Shown: piece after piece, positions 25,593 to 34,169 of the stretch
Numbering within the stretch: the stretch's first letter is position 1
Layout of the letters: each line of letters begins with the position of its first letter
Source of the DNA: an uncultured Pirellulaceae bacterium
Lineage (GTDB): Bacteria; Planctomycetota; Planctomycetia; Pirellulales; Pirellulaceae
Direction: 5' to 3'
Assembly (NCBI GenBank): GCA_964409865.1
Contig: CAYPGE010000004.1
Coordinates: 1,740 to 65,739 of the forward strand
Length of the DNA: 64,000 nucleotides
The notes under the pieces: generated by a model
The model's database searches: none
The model's input: only the letters and a program-made list of their open reading frames with translations
Told to the model about the DNA's origin: nothing
Program-made: the position numbers and the translations under genes

Positions 25593-26885
25593 CTAATTCC
25601 CCCGCTCGGCTTCCGGCCCCTGCGGAGCGTCGGTCACGGGCCGTGTCAGTCGGCGGATGACGTCCGCAGGAGGACCATATCGGCAGACCATCTGATTGCC
25701 GAAGGCCTCTGTGGCAGACACGAGGCCGGTTACGGCGCCGCACGAGTTGAAGATCGGACCACCGCTGGCGCCGTCCGCGAAATCGGCGGTGATCGACAGG
25801 CGGGTGCTGAGCCCACCGTACGAAGTCACTGCCCAGTAGCGGCTGATGTGACCTTGCGTCAGGCTGTAGAACTTGGAAGACGGATGCGAGATCACCGTGA
25901 CCGGTGTGCCCTCAGGATCGCCGTGCGACAGCGGCGCGGCGGCGAGGTCAGAGGCGTCGATCTTCAGGAGGACCACATCACCGGGCTTGTCCGCGGCCAG
26001 GATTTCGCGGATGGGGTAGATGCTGCCGTCGAGCGTCATCACACCGCGAGCCGTGACCGGCGGCGGCTTGTCAATCACGTGGTAAGCCGTGGCGATGACG
26101 CCGGAAGGGTCCAAAACGACGCCTGCGCCGACCGCAAATCCGCTTTCCCCCAGCAGCGTCCCCATCACCACGACCGCGTCGCAGCGCCGTCGGTAGATCT
26201 CGGCTGGCGTGAGTTCTTCGCCGGGCGGCTCGGACAGCGTCAGGGAGACCGATTTGCGCCGGAGTTGCCGCCGAACCGTGGCGTCGTCCAGTATCTGGCC
26301 AAGGGCCTTCATGCGGTGCAGACCGCGGCTCAGGGTACTGCTGATCTCACCGTCAAGACGCACATGGTAGTCCAGGCCGGCCGTGTCCAGCGTGCCTTCG
26401 GGCACATAGGCGGTTCCCAACGGAATCGTCCGTTGTGTCAGGCGAGTGAAACCGCGAGGAACGATCAGCCGCAAGCCGGGCAACTTCCGCTTCTCCAACA
26501 GAACCTGGATCACGCCCGACTTGCCGACTAGCAAGCGATTTTCCCCGCCGACCCAGCGGACAATCACACGGCTGTCCGCCAGATAGTCGCCCTCGCCATT
26601 CTGCAGCAAGATGTACAATGGGTAATCGTGCAGGTTTTCCCGCAGTTCCAAGCCTTCCAGGAACCCCGCCAATTCCGCCTGCGTCATGCCGGCAGCCTGA
26701 TAAAAGTCGATCACGTCCGTCTCCGCCGCCGGCGGCGGAGGCGGCGGAGGAGGAACGCTGCAACCGAGCCATGCCAGCAATCCGGCACAGATCGCCAAAC
26801 GTGAGGCGCAACTCAAGGCTGAATCCGAGATCATGGAACGAGAACGGCTGGCGATGAAAAAATCCGGCTGGGCCCGACGTGCCAC
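25593..26885 (-). CDS. Trypsin-like (S1/PA clan) serine protease, probable lipoprotein
   Basis: The catalytic-Ser region is DFADGASGGPIF. The N-terminus ...ICAGLLAWLGCSVPPPPPPPP has a lipobox-like Cys followed by a poly-Pro linker. An alternative start is ATG 26834 (MISDSAL...). Confidence 0.85.
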   Translation of the reverse strand: MARRAQPDFFIASRSRSMISDSALSCASRLAICAGLLAWLGCSVPPPPPPPPAAETDVIDFYQAAGMTQAELAGFLEGLELRENLHDYPLYILLQNGEGDYLADSRVIVRWVGGENRLLVGKSGVIQVLLEKRKLPGLRLIVPRGFTRLTQRTIPLGTAYVPEGTLDTAGLDYHVRLDGEISSTLSRGLHRMKALGQILDDATVRRQLRRKSVSLTLSEPPGEELTPAEIYRRRCDAVVVMGTLLGESGFAVGAGVVLDPSGVIATAYHVIDKPPPVTARGVMTLDGSIYPIREILAADKPGDVVLLKIDASDLAAAPLSHGDPEGTPVTVISHPSSKFYSLTQGHISRYWAVTSYGGLSTRLSITADFADGASGGPIFNSCGAVTGLVSATEAFGNQMVCRYGPPADVIRRLTRPVTDAPQGPEAERGN

Positions 26886-27114
26886 CAGGCGTGGCCCCCG
26901 GAAATCGACTCAACCGGTGCGACCACCGAGGCGGCGCAACACGTCCCAGTTTATTTGACTGACCATCCGGCGGAAGCTTACTGGTACACAAACAACCGCG
27001 GAACCGGGGGCGATCTTGCCGAGAAGACCGACTGTGCGGACAAGTACACCGCGGCAAAGGGCGCACGCACTCTTGGCTTTGGCTGCCCGCCGCATTAACA
27101 TCTTCCGTGATGAC

Positions 27115-27220
<106 letters not shown>

Positions 27221-27262
27221 AGGACCTGTCTTCGACGGGGGACCACGTTACGAGGAGGCTCA

Positions 27263-28207
27263 ATGGCTATGGAAACGATTCACCTGACTGACCCCGGCAC
27301 AGGGGCCACGGCGGCGATCTTGGCCGGCTTCGGGTTCAATTGTTACCGGTTTCGCGTGCCTGTCGACGACCGGTCTATCGAAGTGCTGTGGTCGGAGCCG
27401 GGCTTTGAAACCGGCCAGAAGCGAGCTTCCGGCAGCGGGATTCCGCTGCTGTTTCCCTACGCAGGACGGATCCGCGGTCAGGTGCTGCGTTGGAAAGAAC
27501 GCGACTGGCCTTTGGAAGGAGACGACCGGCGCGGCAATGCCATTCACGGCTACGTGCTGGCTCGACCGTGGCGCGTGCGGGAACAGTCCGCCCGCCGCGC
27601 CGTGGGGCAATTTCAGGCCTCGATCGACGCCCCACGCCTGCTGGACATGTGGCCTGCCGACTTCCGCATCACGGCCACGTACGAGCTGTCCGGAACCGCC
27701 TTGCGGTCCTCGTTCCTGATCGAGAACCCGGACACCCGGCCTTTGCCGTTTGGTTTCGGCACGCATCCCTATTTTTGCGTGCCGCTGGGCGGAAGCCGCG
27801 CGGAGTCGTGCCTGGTGGAACTGCCCGTCCGCCAGCGCTGGGAACTGGTCGAGATGTTGGCCACCGGACGGCGTGTGCCGGTCGAATCCCCAGACGCGTA
27901 TCGGGCGGGCCTGCCGTTCGGGCAAATGAACTTCGACGACGCGTTTACCGCGCTCCAGTTCGACGGCCAACGGTGCCGGTGCGGGATTGTCGACCCGGAG
28001 AGCGGGCGGCGGCTGACCGTCGAGTTCGGCCCTGAGTTTCGGGAGTGCGTCGTCTACAATCCGCCGCATCGGCAAGCCGTCTGCATCGAACCGCTGACAT
28101 GGTGCCCCAACGGGTTTGAACTCAGCGAGCGCGGAATCGACTCCGGTCTGAGGATTTTGCCGCCCGGCCAGTCACTGCAGTGCGGCGTCGTGATGCGGGT
28201 CGAATGA
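27263..28207 (+). CDS. Aldose 1-epimerase (galactose mutarotase-like) family protein
   Basis: GAGGAGG lies upstream of the ATG. The sequence ...GFNCYRFRV...GIPLLFPYAGRI...GNAIHGYV...FGFGTHPYF matches the family layout (from memory). Confidence 0.85.
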   Translation: MAMETIHLTDPGTGATAAILAGFGFNCYRFRVPVDDRSIEVLWSEPGFETGQKRASGSGIPLLFPYAGRIRGQVLRWKERDWPLEGDDRRGNAIHGYVLARPWRVREQSARRAVGQFQASIDAPRLLDMWPADFRITATYELSGTALRSSFLIENPDTRPLPFGFGTHPYFCVPLGGSRAESCLVELPVRQRWELVEMLATGRRVPVESPDAYRAGLPFGQMNFDDAFTALQFDGQRCRCGIVDPESGRRLTVEFGPEFRECVVYNPPHRQAVCIEPLTWCPNGFELSERGIDSGLRILPPGQSLQCGVVMRVE

Positions 28208-28255
28208 GCCGGTGTCTGCCGGAGTTCGAGCGGCCTTCGGAACGCAGCGAGTCGC

Positions 28256-28462
28256 CTACTTCGCAGGAGGGACAGCGGCTCGCTTCGGGCCCGCGTCAAC
28301 GGGCGGCTGGTGCGCTTCCACGCGCAGCCCCAGCCTAGCGTATTCGCGGTTGAACTCCTGGACGAACGCTTCGTCGGGGCTCGTCAACACGACGCCGCCA
28401 ACGGCCGAATTGCCTTCGTAAATGACCCCTTTCAGCGGCGGACGAGAGTCGAGGCCGGACAT
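28256..28462 (-). CDS. Small hypothetical protein (68 aa)
   Basis: GAGGAG lies 9 nt upstream of the ATG, and third codon positions are mostly G/C. I recognise no family. Confidence 0.45.
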   Translation of the reverse strand: MSGLDSRPPLKGVIYEGNSAVGGVVLTSPDEAFVQEFNREYARLGLRVEAHQPPVDAGPKRAAVPPAK

Positions 28463-28605
28463 CGACGTGAACTCCTCACGCGGGCCGGTGCCCGCAACCC
28501 AATTGGAATCGGCGAATCAATAACTGTCGCGATTTCAAAGTAGCCATTACGCTCCGTGTGATGATCGCAAACAAAAACTGGACAGTTGTTGATTCGCCGA
28601 TCCTT

Positions 28606-28687
28606 GGCGAGCGGGGCGGCGTCAGCCCCCCGGTTCTGAGTCGGGCGACTTGCCGGGAACCGGGGGGCTGACGCCACCCCGCTCGCC
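28606..28687. repeat. REP-like hairpin element, family A (second copy)
   Basis: ggcgagcggggcggcgtcagccccccggttc (28606-28636) pairs with gaaccggggggctgacgccaccccgctcgcc (28657-28687), with one C.A mismatch and a 20-nt loop. It is followed by gccaagatgcgcgca, as in copy 1. Confidence 0.8.
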
Positions 28688-28920
28688 AAGCCAAGATGCG
28701 CGCATGATACGAACTGAGACTCTCACGCGGCCAGCAGCCGCAGCCGATCGCAGGCCGCTCGCCGAGCGAGCGGCCTACGATGACGCGAGTGCGTCGCGCA
28801 CATCAGATGAACTGGGACGCCAAAAGCTCAATATACGGTCTGGGCACAAAGCTGAGAAGTGAACGGCAAGGGACTTTTCGTGCCTTTTCGTGGTTCTTGT
28901 GGCGATAACCGCTCCGCCTC

Positions 28921-28960
28921 TGAAGCCCGGCTGTTCCGAAAAAGCCGGACTTCTTCATCG
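28921..28960. repeat. Short hairpin repeat, family B (inverted orientation relative to 17101-17137)
   Basis: The reverse complement cgatgaagaagtccggctttttcggaacagccgggcttca aligns with gtgaagaagcccgggtttttcggaaaagccgggctgc. Confidence 0.6.
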
Positions 28961-29000
28961 CAGCCACGTGCCGCGTCAGGCCGGTACCGAGGTCTTCGAA

Positions 29001-31409
29001 CTACCGGATCAAGTAGATCTGGCCGCGCAGCTTGATCACGAGTTCCTCTCCCGCTTGCTGCCGGGCCAGCACCGCGTTTTCCGTCGGCGTGTTGGCAGCG
29101 ACCAGCTTGAAGTACTCGTCGCTGAACCGTTCCAGCGTCTTGACCTTGTCCGCATCACGCTTCAGATCCACGTCCCTGGCGCTGGCCGCGAACCACTGGC
29201 TGCCGCGCTTGTACAGGGTCTCGTTGCCGACGATCTGTACGGTTTGTACCGCGACCTCGCGATCCGACTCGACGTCACGATAACGGACCACGGGGCTGGA
29301 AGCACGGGCTGGCGCTGAGGCAGCCGGCATGCCGCCGGCGCCGCGCAGCCCGCCGCCCATCATGCCGGGGCCGTACGCGGCGTCCGCAGCCGCTTCCGCC
29401 ACGGGCGCAGCAAAGCCGGAGGCCAGCGGAGCGATCGTCGCCTCTTGCAGGAACTTCTTCTCCGCCCGCTGCGCAAAGCCCGCGCGGCCCTCCGCCTGAT
29501 CGAGACGGCGCAGGGCCTCGCGAGCCCGCTCCAACCCCCACGCCGGGCCGCCAGCCAGTTGCGGCGGCGGGTTCTCGTCGGCCAGGAACGACGTGTACGG
29601 GGTGAGAATCCCATGCTTGGTGGACAGCGCCACCAACTCCTGGATCAGCTCGTCGTTCTTGCCTTTCAGATCCAACTCGTCGATGATCTCGCCAATCCGC
29701 CGCATGGCCCACAGCTTTTCGACGAACGCATACGATTCATCCTTGCTCTTTTCGACCAGTTCCGCCGGAAAGTCGAACTTGTTCTCCTTGTCGCCCACCT
29801 TGCCCTTGACCACCACCTTGGCATTGCCAGGCCGTTTGTAGCGGCCGACCAGCACCAATTGCTCGCCCTCGAACAGGTCGTACACCTCGCGCGGATACAC
29901 GCGGTTCACGGGCGGCCCTTCTTCGACCTTGGCCTTCTCGACGTCCACATCGACCTTGACTTCGGTCATCACCGGGGCGCTGATGCGATTGTGCAACCGG
30001 CTGACGTGGACTTCCAAGTCCTCGTCAGGACGGACGAACTCGCTCTGGCCGTAATTGACCCGCGACAAGCGGTCCAACAAGCGGCTGTTGACATCGTAGC
30101 CCACGCCCAGGTTGACCACGCGCGTCCGGTGCTTGTTGTTTTGCCGGGCCCGGTCGACGATCTTGCTTTCGTTCGTCTCGCCCGCCGTCGGCAGTCCGTC
30201 GGTCAGGAAGATCACGTAGCTGGGCCGTTTCGCGTCCTGGATCATCCCCAAGGCGGCCGTCAGCGCTCCGTCGATGTTCGTGCTGCCGCCCGCGTACAGG
30301 CCCTCGATGAAGCCCAACGCCGCCTTCCGCGTCTCGTCATCGTGCTTCTGTAGTTCCGGCCGGAAGGACTCCACGCTGCTGTCGTAGGCGACGATGTTAA
30401 ACGTGTCTCCCTGGCGGAGATTGTTCAGCACGAATCTTAATGCTTCCTTGGCTTGTTCCATCTTTTTGCCGCTCATGCTGCCGGAGCGGTCCACGACGAA
30501 GATCGTCGTCTTGGGGGGCCGCTGAGTGGAATCCGCCTTGATTTGCGGGCTGGCTAGCAGCAAGAAGTACCCGTCGTCGTCCGCACTGGGCCGGTAGCTC
30601 AACACGCTGGCCCCGACCTCGCCCTTAGCCACGTCGTAGAACAGCCGGAAGTCCGTGGCCGGCACCTGGTTCTGAACCTCGAACTTGATCGTGGCGTGCC
30701 GATCGTCGGACCGTTTGACGTCGATCGTGTGCGTGGGGCTGTACACGCTCTTGATAGCGATGGTACTCTCGATCGAAGCTTCGATCGACACCCGTTCCAC
30801 CGGGGCCGATGTGTACTTGGCCGTCGACAACGGAAACAGGAAATCGGTCACGTGGCGGTCCTTGCGCAACAACTGGTTGTACCGCAGATTGACCTTGCGT
30901 TCGGCGCCCGGCGGTACAGGGAAGACGTTCGTCTTGAACATGCCGGTTCCGATCCACTCCAGTAGGGCGGGATCGAGGTTGCGGCGCACGTAGCCCTCGT
31001 AAATCTCTCTCGCCTCCTTCGCCGGCAGCAACTTGGCCGGGATCTCCTTGCCGTCCACCATGAACGTCAACTGGTCCACCGCTCCGTCATAGGGCAGCGG
31101 GAACACGAACGAAACCTCCATCTGGCGACTGCCGGTGTTCACAAACGACTGCGACACCTGGACGCGAGCCACCTGATCGACGATCCGAGCTTGTAGGGAC
31201 AACTCCTTGATCTTGTAAGAAGCCGGCGGCTCGGGAGGCGGAACCGGTGGCCGGGGCGGTCGCGGCGGAGGGATCCACCACGGATAAGGCCTCGGCAACG
31301 GCACCGGGTGCGGTGGATCGATGACGATCAGCACCCCCTGTGCGAAAGCCTGACTGCAGGTCAACAACAGACAAAAGAGTCCCAAACTGAGCAATAGCGC
31401 GCGTTTCAT
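29001..31409 (-). CDS. VIT-domain plus von Willebrand factor A (vWA) domain protein, secreted
   Basis: It has a signal peptide (MKRALLLSLGLFCLLLTCSQAFA) and a Pro-rich stretch. A VIT-like region follows (YKIKELSLQARIVDQVARVQVSQSFVN...FVFPLP...GTGMFKTNVFPVPPG). The vWA MIDAS is VVDRSGSMSG, with FLTDGLPT further on. Confidence 0.9.
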   Translation of the reverse strand: MKRALLLSLGLFCLLLTCSQAFAQGVLIVIDPPHPVPLPRPYPWWIPPPRPPRPPVPPPEPPASYKIKELSLQARIVDQVARVQVSQSFVNTGSRQMEVSFVFPLPYDGAVDQLTFMVDGKEIPAKLLPAKEAREIYEGYVRRNLDPALLEWIGTGMFKTNVFPVPPGAERKVNLRYNQLLRKDRHVTDFLFPLSTAKYTSAPVERVSIEASIESTIAIKSVYSPTHTIDVKRSDDRHATIKFEVQNQVPATDFRLFYDVAKGEVGASVLSYRPSADDDGYFLLLASPQIKADSTQRPPKTTIFVVDRSGSMSGKKMEQAKEALRFVLNNLRQGDTFNIVAYDSSVESFRPELQKHDDETRKAALGFIEGLYAGGSTNIDGALTAALGMIQDAKRPSYVIFLTDGLPTAGETNESKIVDRARQNNKHRTRVVNLGVGYDVNSRLLDRLSRVNYGQSEFVRPDEDLEVHVSRLHNRISAPVMTEVKVDVDVEKAKVEEGPPVNRVYPREVYDLFEGEQLVLVGRYKRPGNAKVVVKGKVGDKENKFDFPAELVEKSKDESYAFVEKLWAMRRIGEIIDELDLKGKNDELIQELVALSTKHGILTPYTSFLADENPPPQLAGGPAWGLERAREALRRLDQAEGRAGFAQRAEKKFLQEATIAPLASGFAAPVAEAAADAAYGPGMMGGGLRGAGGMPAASAPARASSPVVRYRDVESDREVAVQTVQIVGNETLYKRGSQWFAASARDVDLKRDADKVKTLERFSDEYFKLVAANTPTENAVLARQQAGEELVIKLRGQIYLIR

Positions 31410-31617
31410 GGCTCCGTTCCTTCAACATCGGGAGGGCAATGGTTGTTCCGGGTACGCCCCACTGTCGGATAAGACGAATCAGACCCTGCGAGCGTTTCGT
31501 CGTGCCCAAAATCCAAGGATGAACGCCCACCTTTCGGCTCGCATTTCTGCATTCTCGTTCGGAACTCCGCCGCATTGAACCAACCCGCCGCTTCGGTTAC
31601 GTTCACGGTATTGGTTT

Positions 31618-31648
31618 GGCGAGCGGTGGGCGTCAGCCCGCCGGTTCC
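31618..31648. repeat. Degenerate solo arm of REP family A
   Basis: ggcgagcggtgggcgtcagcccgccggttcc resembles the left arm of the 28606 copy, but no matching right arm follows. Confidence 0.4.
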
Positions 31649-31706
31649 TTTGCCAGCAGGGGAACTGCTGCAATCCCGCGCAACTCCGTTCAATTCACCG
31701 ACGATT

Positions 31707-32489
31707 ATGGAACCACTGATCCGAGTCAAGAAGCACGTACCCAGCGGTACGATCATCCTTAACCGGCCCGCAAAACGCAACGCGCTCACGCGTCAGATGA
31801 TCGACGACCTGCGGCAGGCCTTGGACGATTTTTACCAGGAGCGAAGGGTGCGGGCCGTGATCCTGACCGGCGCCGGCAGCGCATTCTGTTCGGGTGCCGA
31901 CCTGCAGGAAATCCAGGACAGCAGCCGGCAAAGCGACGCCTGGGCGCAGTGGCACACGGACGCGGTCCAGTACAAAGAGTTGTTGGAGACGATGTTACTG
32001 TATCCCAAGCCGATCATTGCCGCCGTGAACGGTCCGGCCGTGGCGGGCGGCACGGGTCTGGTTTTGGCAGCCGACATCACCCTGGCGACGCCGGAAGCCA
32101 GATTTGGCCTGCCCGAACCGCGTCGCGGCCTGGTAGCCGGCATCGTTGCCCCCCTGCTGGCCTTCCGAATCGGTGCCGGGCTGGCCGCAAACCTCCTCCT
32201 GACCGCCCGACTGGCTGAAGCGGATGAGGCCCAACGGCTGGGCATTTACCACGAGTTAACGGCCTCGGACACGATCTGGGCGCGAGCCCACCAGTTAGCG
32301 GAGGATTGTGCCAAAAGCGCGGCCGAATCCCTGCAATTGACCAAAAAAATGTTAAACGAGACCATTGGCGATCACCTGAACACGACCCTGGCCGCCGGCG
32401 CCGCCGCCAGCGCCGCCGCCCGAACCACCGAGGTGGCCGCGGAAGGCTTGGCAGCCTTCCTGGAAAAACGCGAACCCAAATGGCCTTAG
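31707..32489 (+). CDS. Enoyl-CoA hydratase/isomerase (crotonase) family protein
   Basis: Track ORF 31575..32489 trimmed to MEPLIRVKKHVPSGTIILNRPAKRNAL. Crotonase motifs are present: VILTGAGSAFCSGADL and IAAVNGPAVAGGTGL. Confidence 0.9.
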   Translation: MEPLIRVKKHVPSGTIILNRPAKRNALTRQMIDDLRQALDDFYQERRVRAVILTGAGSAFCSGADLQEIQDSSRQSDAWAQWHTDAVQYKELLETMLLYPKPIIAAVNGPAVAGGTGLVLAADITLATPEARFGLPEPRRGLVAGIVAPLLAFRIGAGLAANLLLTARLAEADEAQRLGIYHELTASDTIWARAHQLAEDCAKSAAESLQLTKKMLNETIGDHLNTTLAAGAAASAAARTTEVAAEGLAAFLEKREPKWP

Positions 32490-32586
32490 CCGCGTCACAA
32501 ATCGATCAGAAAAACCGCCTATTCCGTCAGCAACACAGGCACCACTCCATTCAAAAAAGTCACTGCCCGACCCGAATCAATACTTG

Positions 32587-32615
32587 TTGACCAAAAGCCG
32601 ATTAGTTAGCATACT
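32587..32615 (+). promoter_or_regulatory. Candidate sigma-70-like promoter for tRNA-Asn (TTGACC - 17 nt - CATACT)
   Basis: ttgacc lies at 32587-32592 and catact at 32610-32615; the mature tRNA 5' end is 13 nt further on. This is a sequence match only. Confidence 0.4.
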
Positions 32616-32628
32616 ACCCTTTCGCTGA

Positions 32629-32704
<76 letters not shown>

Positions 32705-32874
32705 CTTCTAAGTATCGCCGAATCCTAGACTTAGGATACCTGTCCGGCGTAGGGCAGTGCGGCCTGGAAGTCCTTGCCAAAGTGGTAGTACTACCACTTT
32801 GGCAAGGACTTCCAGGCCGCACTGCCCTACGCCGGACAGGTATCCTAAGTCTAGGATTCGGCGATACTTAGAAG

Positions 32875-32950
<76 letters not shown>

Positions 32951-33089
32951 TCAGCGAAAGGGTAGTATGCTAACTAATCGGCTTTTGGTCAACAAGTATT
33001 GATTCGGGTCGGGCAGTGACTTTTTTGAATGGAGTGGTGCCTGTGTTGCTGACGGAATAGGCGGTTTTTCTGATCGATTTGTGACGCGG

Positions 33090-33872
33090 CTAAGGCCATT
33101 TGGGTTCGCGTTTTTCCAGGAAGGCTGCCAAGCCTTCCGCGGCCACCTCGGTGGTTCGGGCGGCGGCGCTGGCGGCGGCGCCGGCGGCCAGGGTCGTGTT
33201 CAGGTGATCGCCAATGGTCTCGTTTAACATTTTTTTGGTCAATTGCAGGGATTCGGCCGCGCTTTTGGCACAATCCTCCGCTAACTGGTGGGCTCGCGCC
33301 CAGATCGTGTCCGAGGCCGTTAACTCGTGGTAAATGCCCAGCCGTTGGGCCTCATCCGCTTCAGCCAGTCGGGCGGTCAGGAGGAGGTTTGCGGCCAGCC
33401 CGGCACCGATTCGGAAGGCCAGCAGGGGGGCAACGATGCCGGCTACCAGGCCGCGACGCGGTTCGGGCAGGCCAAATCTGGCTTCCGGCGTCGCCAGGGT
33501 GATGTCGGCTGCCAAAACCAGACCCGTGCCGCCCGCCACGGCCGGACCGTTCACGGCGGCAATGATCGGCTTGGGATACAGTAACATCGTCTCCAACAAC
33601 TCTTTGTACTGGACCGCGTCCGTGTGCCACTGCGCCCAGGCGTCGCTTTGCCGGCTGCTGTCCTGGATTTCCTGCAGGTCGGCACCCGAACAGAATGCGC
33701 TGCCGGCGCCGGTCAGGATCACGGCCCGCACCCTTCGCTCCTGGTAAAAATCGTCCAAGGCCTGCCGCAGGTCGTCGATCATCTGACGCGTGAGCGCGTT
33801 GCGTTTTGCGGGCCGGTTAAGGATGATCGTACCGCTGGGTACGTGCTTCTTGACTCGGATCAGTGGTTCCAT
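33090..33872 (-). CDS. Enoyl-CoA hydratase/isomerase family protein (mirror copy)
   Basis: Mirror of 31707..32489; the protein is identical in track ORF 33090..34004-. Confidence 0.9.
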   Translation of the reverse strand: MEPLIRVKKHVPSGTIILNRPAKRNALTRQMIDDLRQALDDFYQERRVRAVILTGAGSAFCSGADLQEIQDSSRQSDAWAQWHTDAVQYKELLETMLLYPKPIIAAVNGPAVAGGTGLVLAADITLATPEARFGLPEPRRGLVAGIVAPLLAFRIGAGLAANLLLTARLAEADEAQRLGIYHELTASDTIWARAHQLAEDCAKSAAESLQLTKKMLNETIGDHLNTTLAAGAAASAAARTTEVAAEGLAAFLEKREPKWP

Positions 33873-34169
33873 AATCGTCGGTGAATTGAACGGAGTTGCG
33901 CGGGATTGCAGCAGTTCCCCTGCTGGCAAAGGAACCGGCGGGCTGACGCCCACCGCTCGCCAAACCAATACCGTGAACGTAACCGAAGCGGCGGGTTGGT
34001 TCAATGCGGCGGAGTTCCGAACGAGAATGCAGAAATGCGAGCCGAAAGGTGGGCGTTCATCCTTGGATTTTGGGCACGACGAAACGCTCGCAGGGTCTGA
34101 TTCGTCTTATCCGACAGTGGGGCGTACCCGGAACAACCATTGCCCTCCCGATGTTGAAGGAACGGAGCC

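Noticed and set aside
28476-28862. Short ORFs spanning the hairpin repeats (28476..28694-, 28432..28689-, 28650..28862+; also 637..1038- and 368..790+), with translations such as GGLTPPRSP
   Set aside because: They are translations of the two arms of REP family A, read in either direction. The same peptide strings recur wherever the repeat occurs, so they reflect the repeat rather than a protein.
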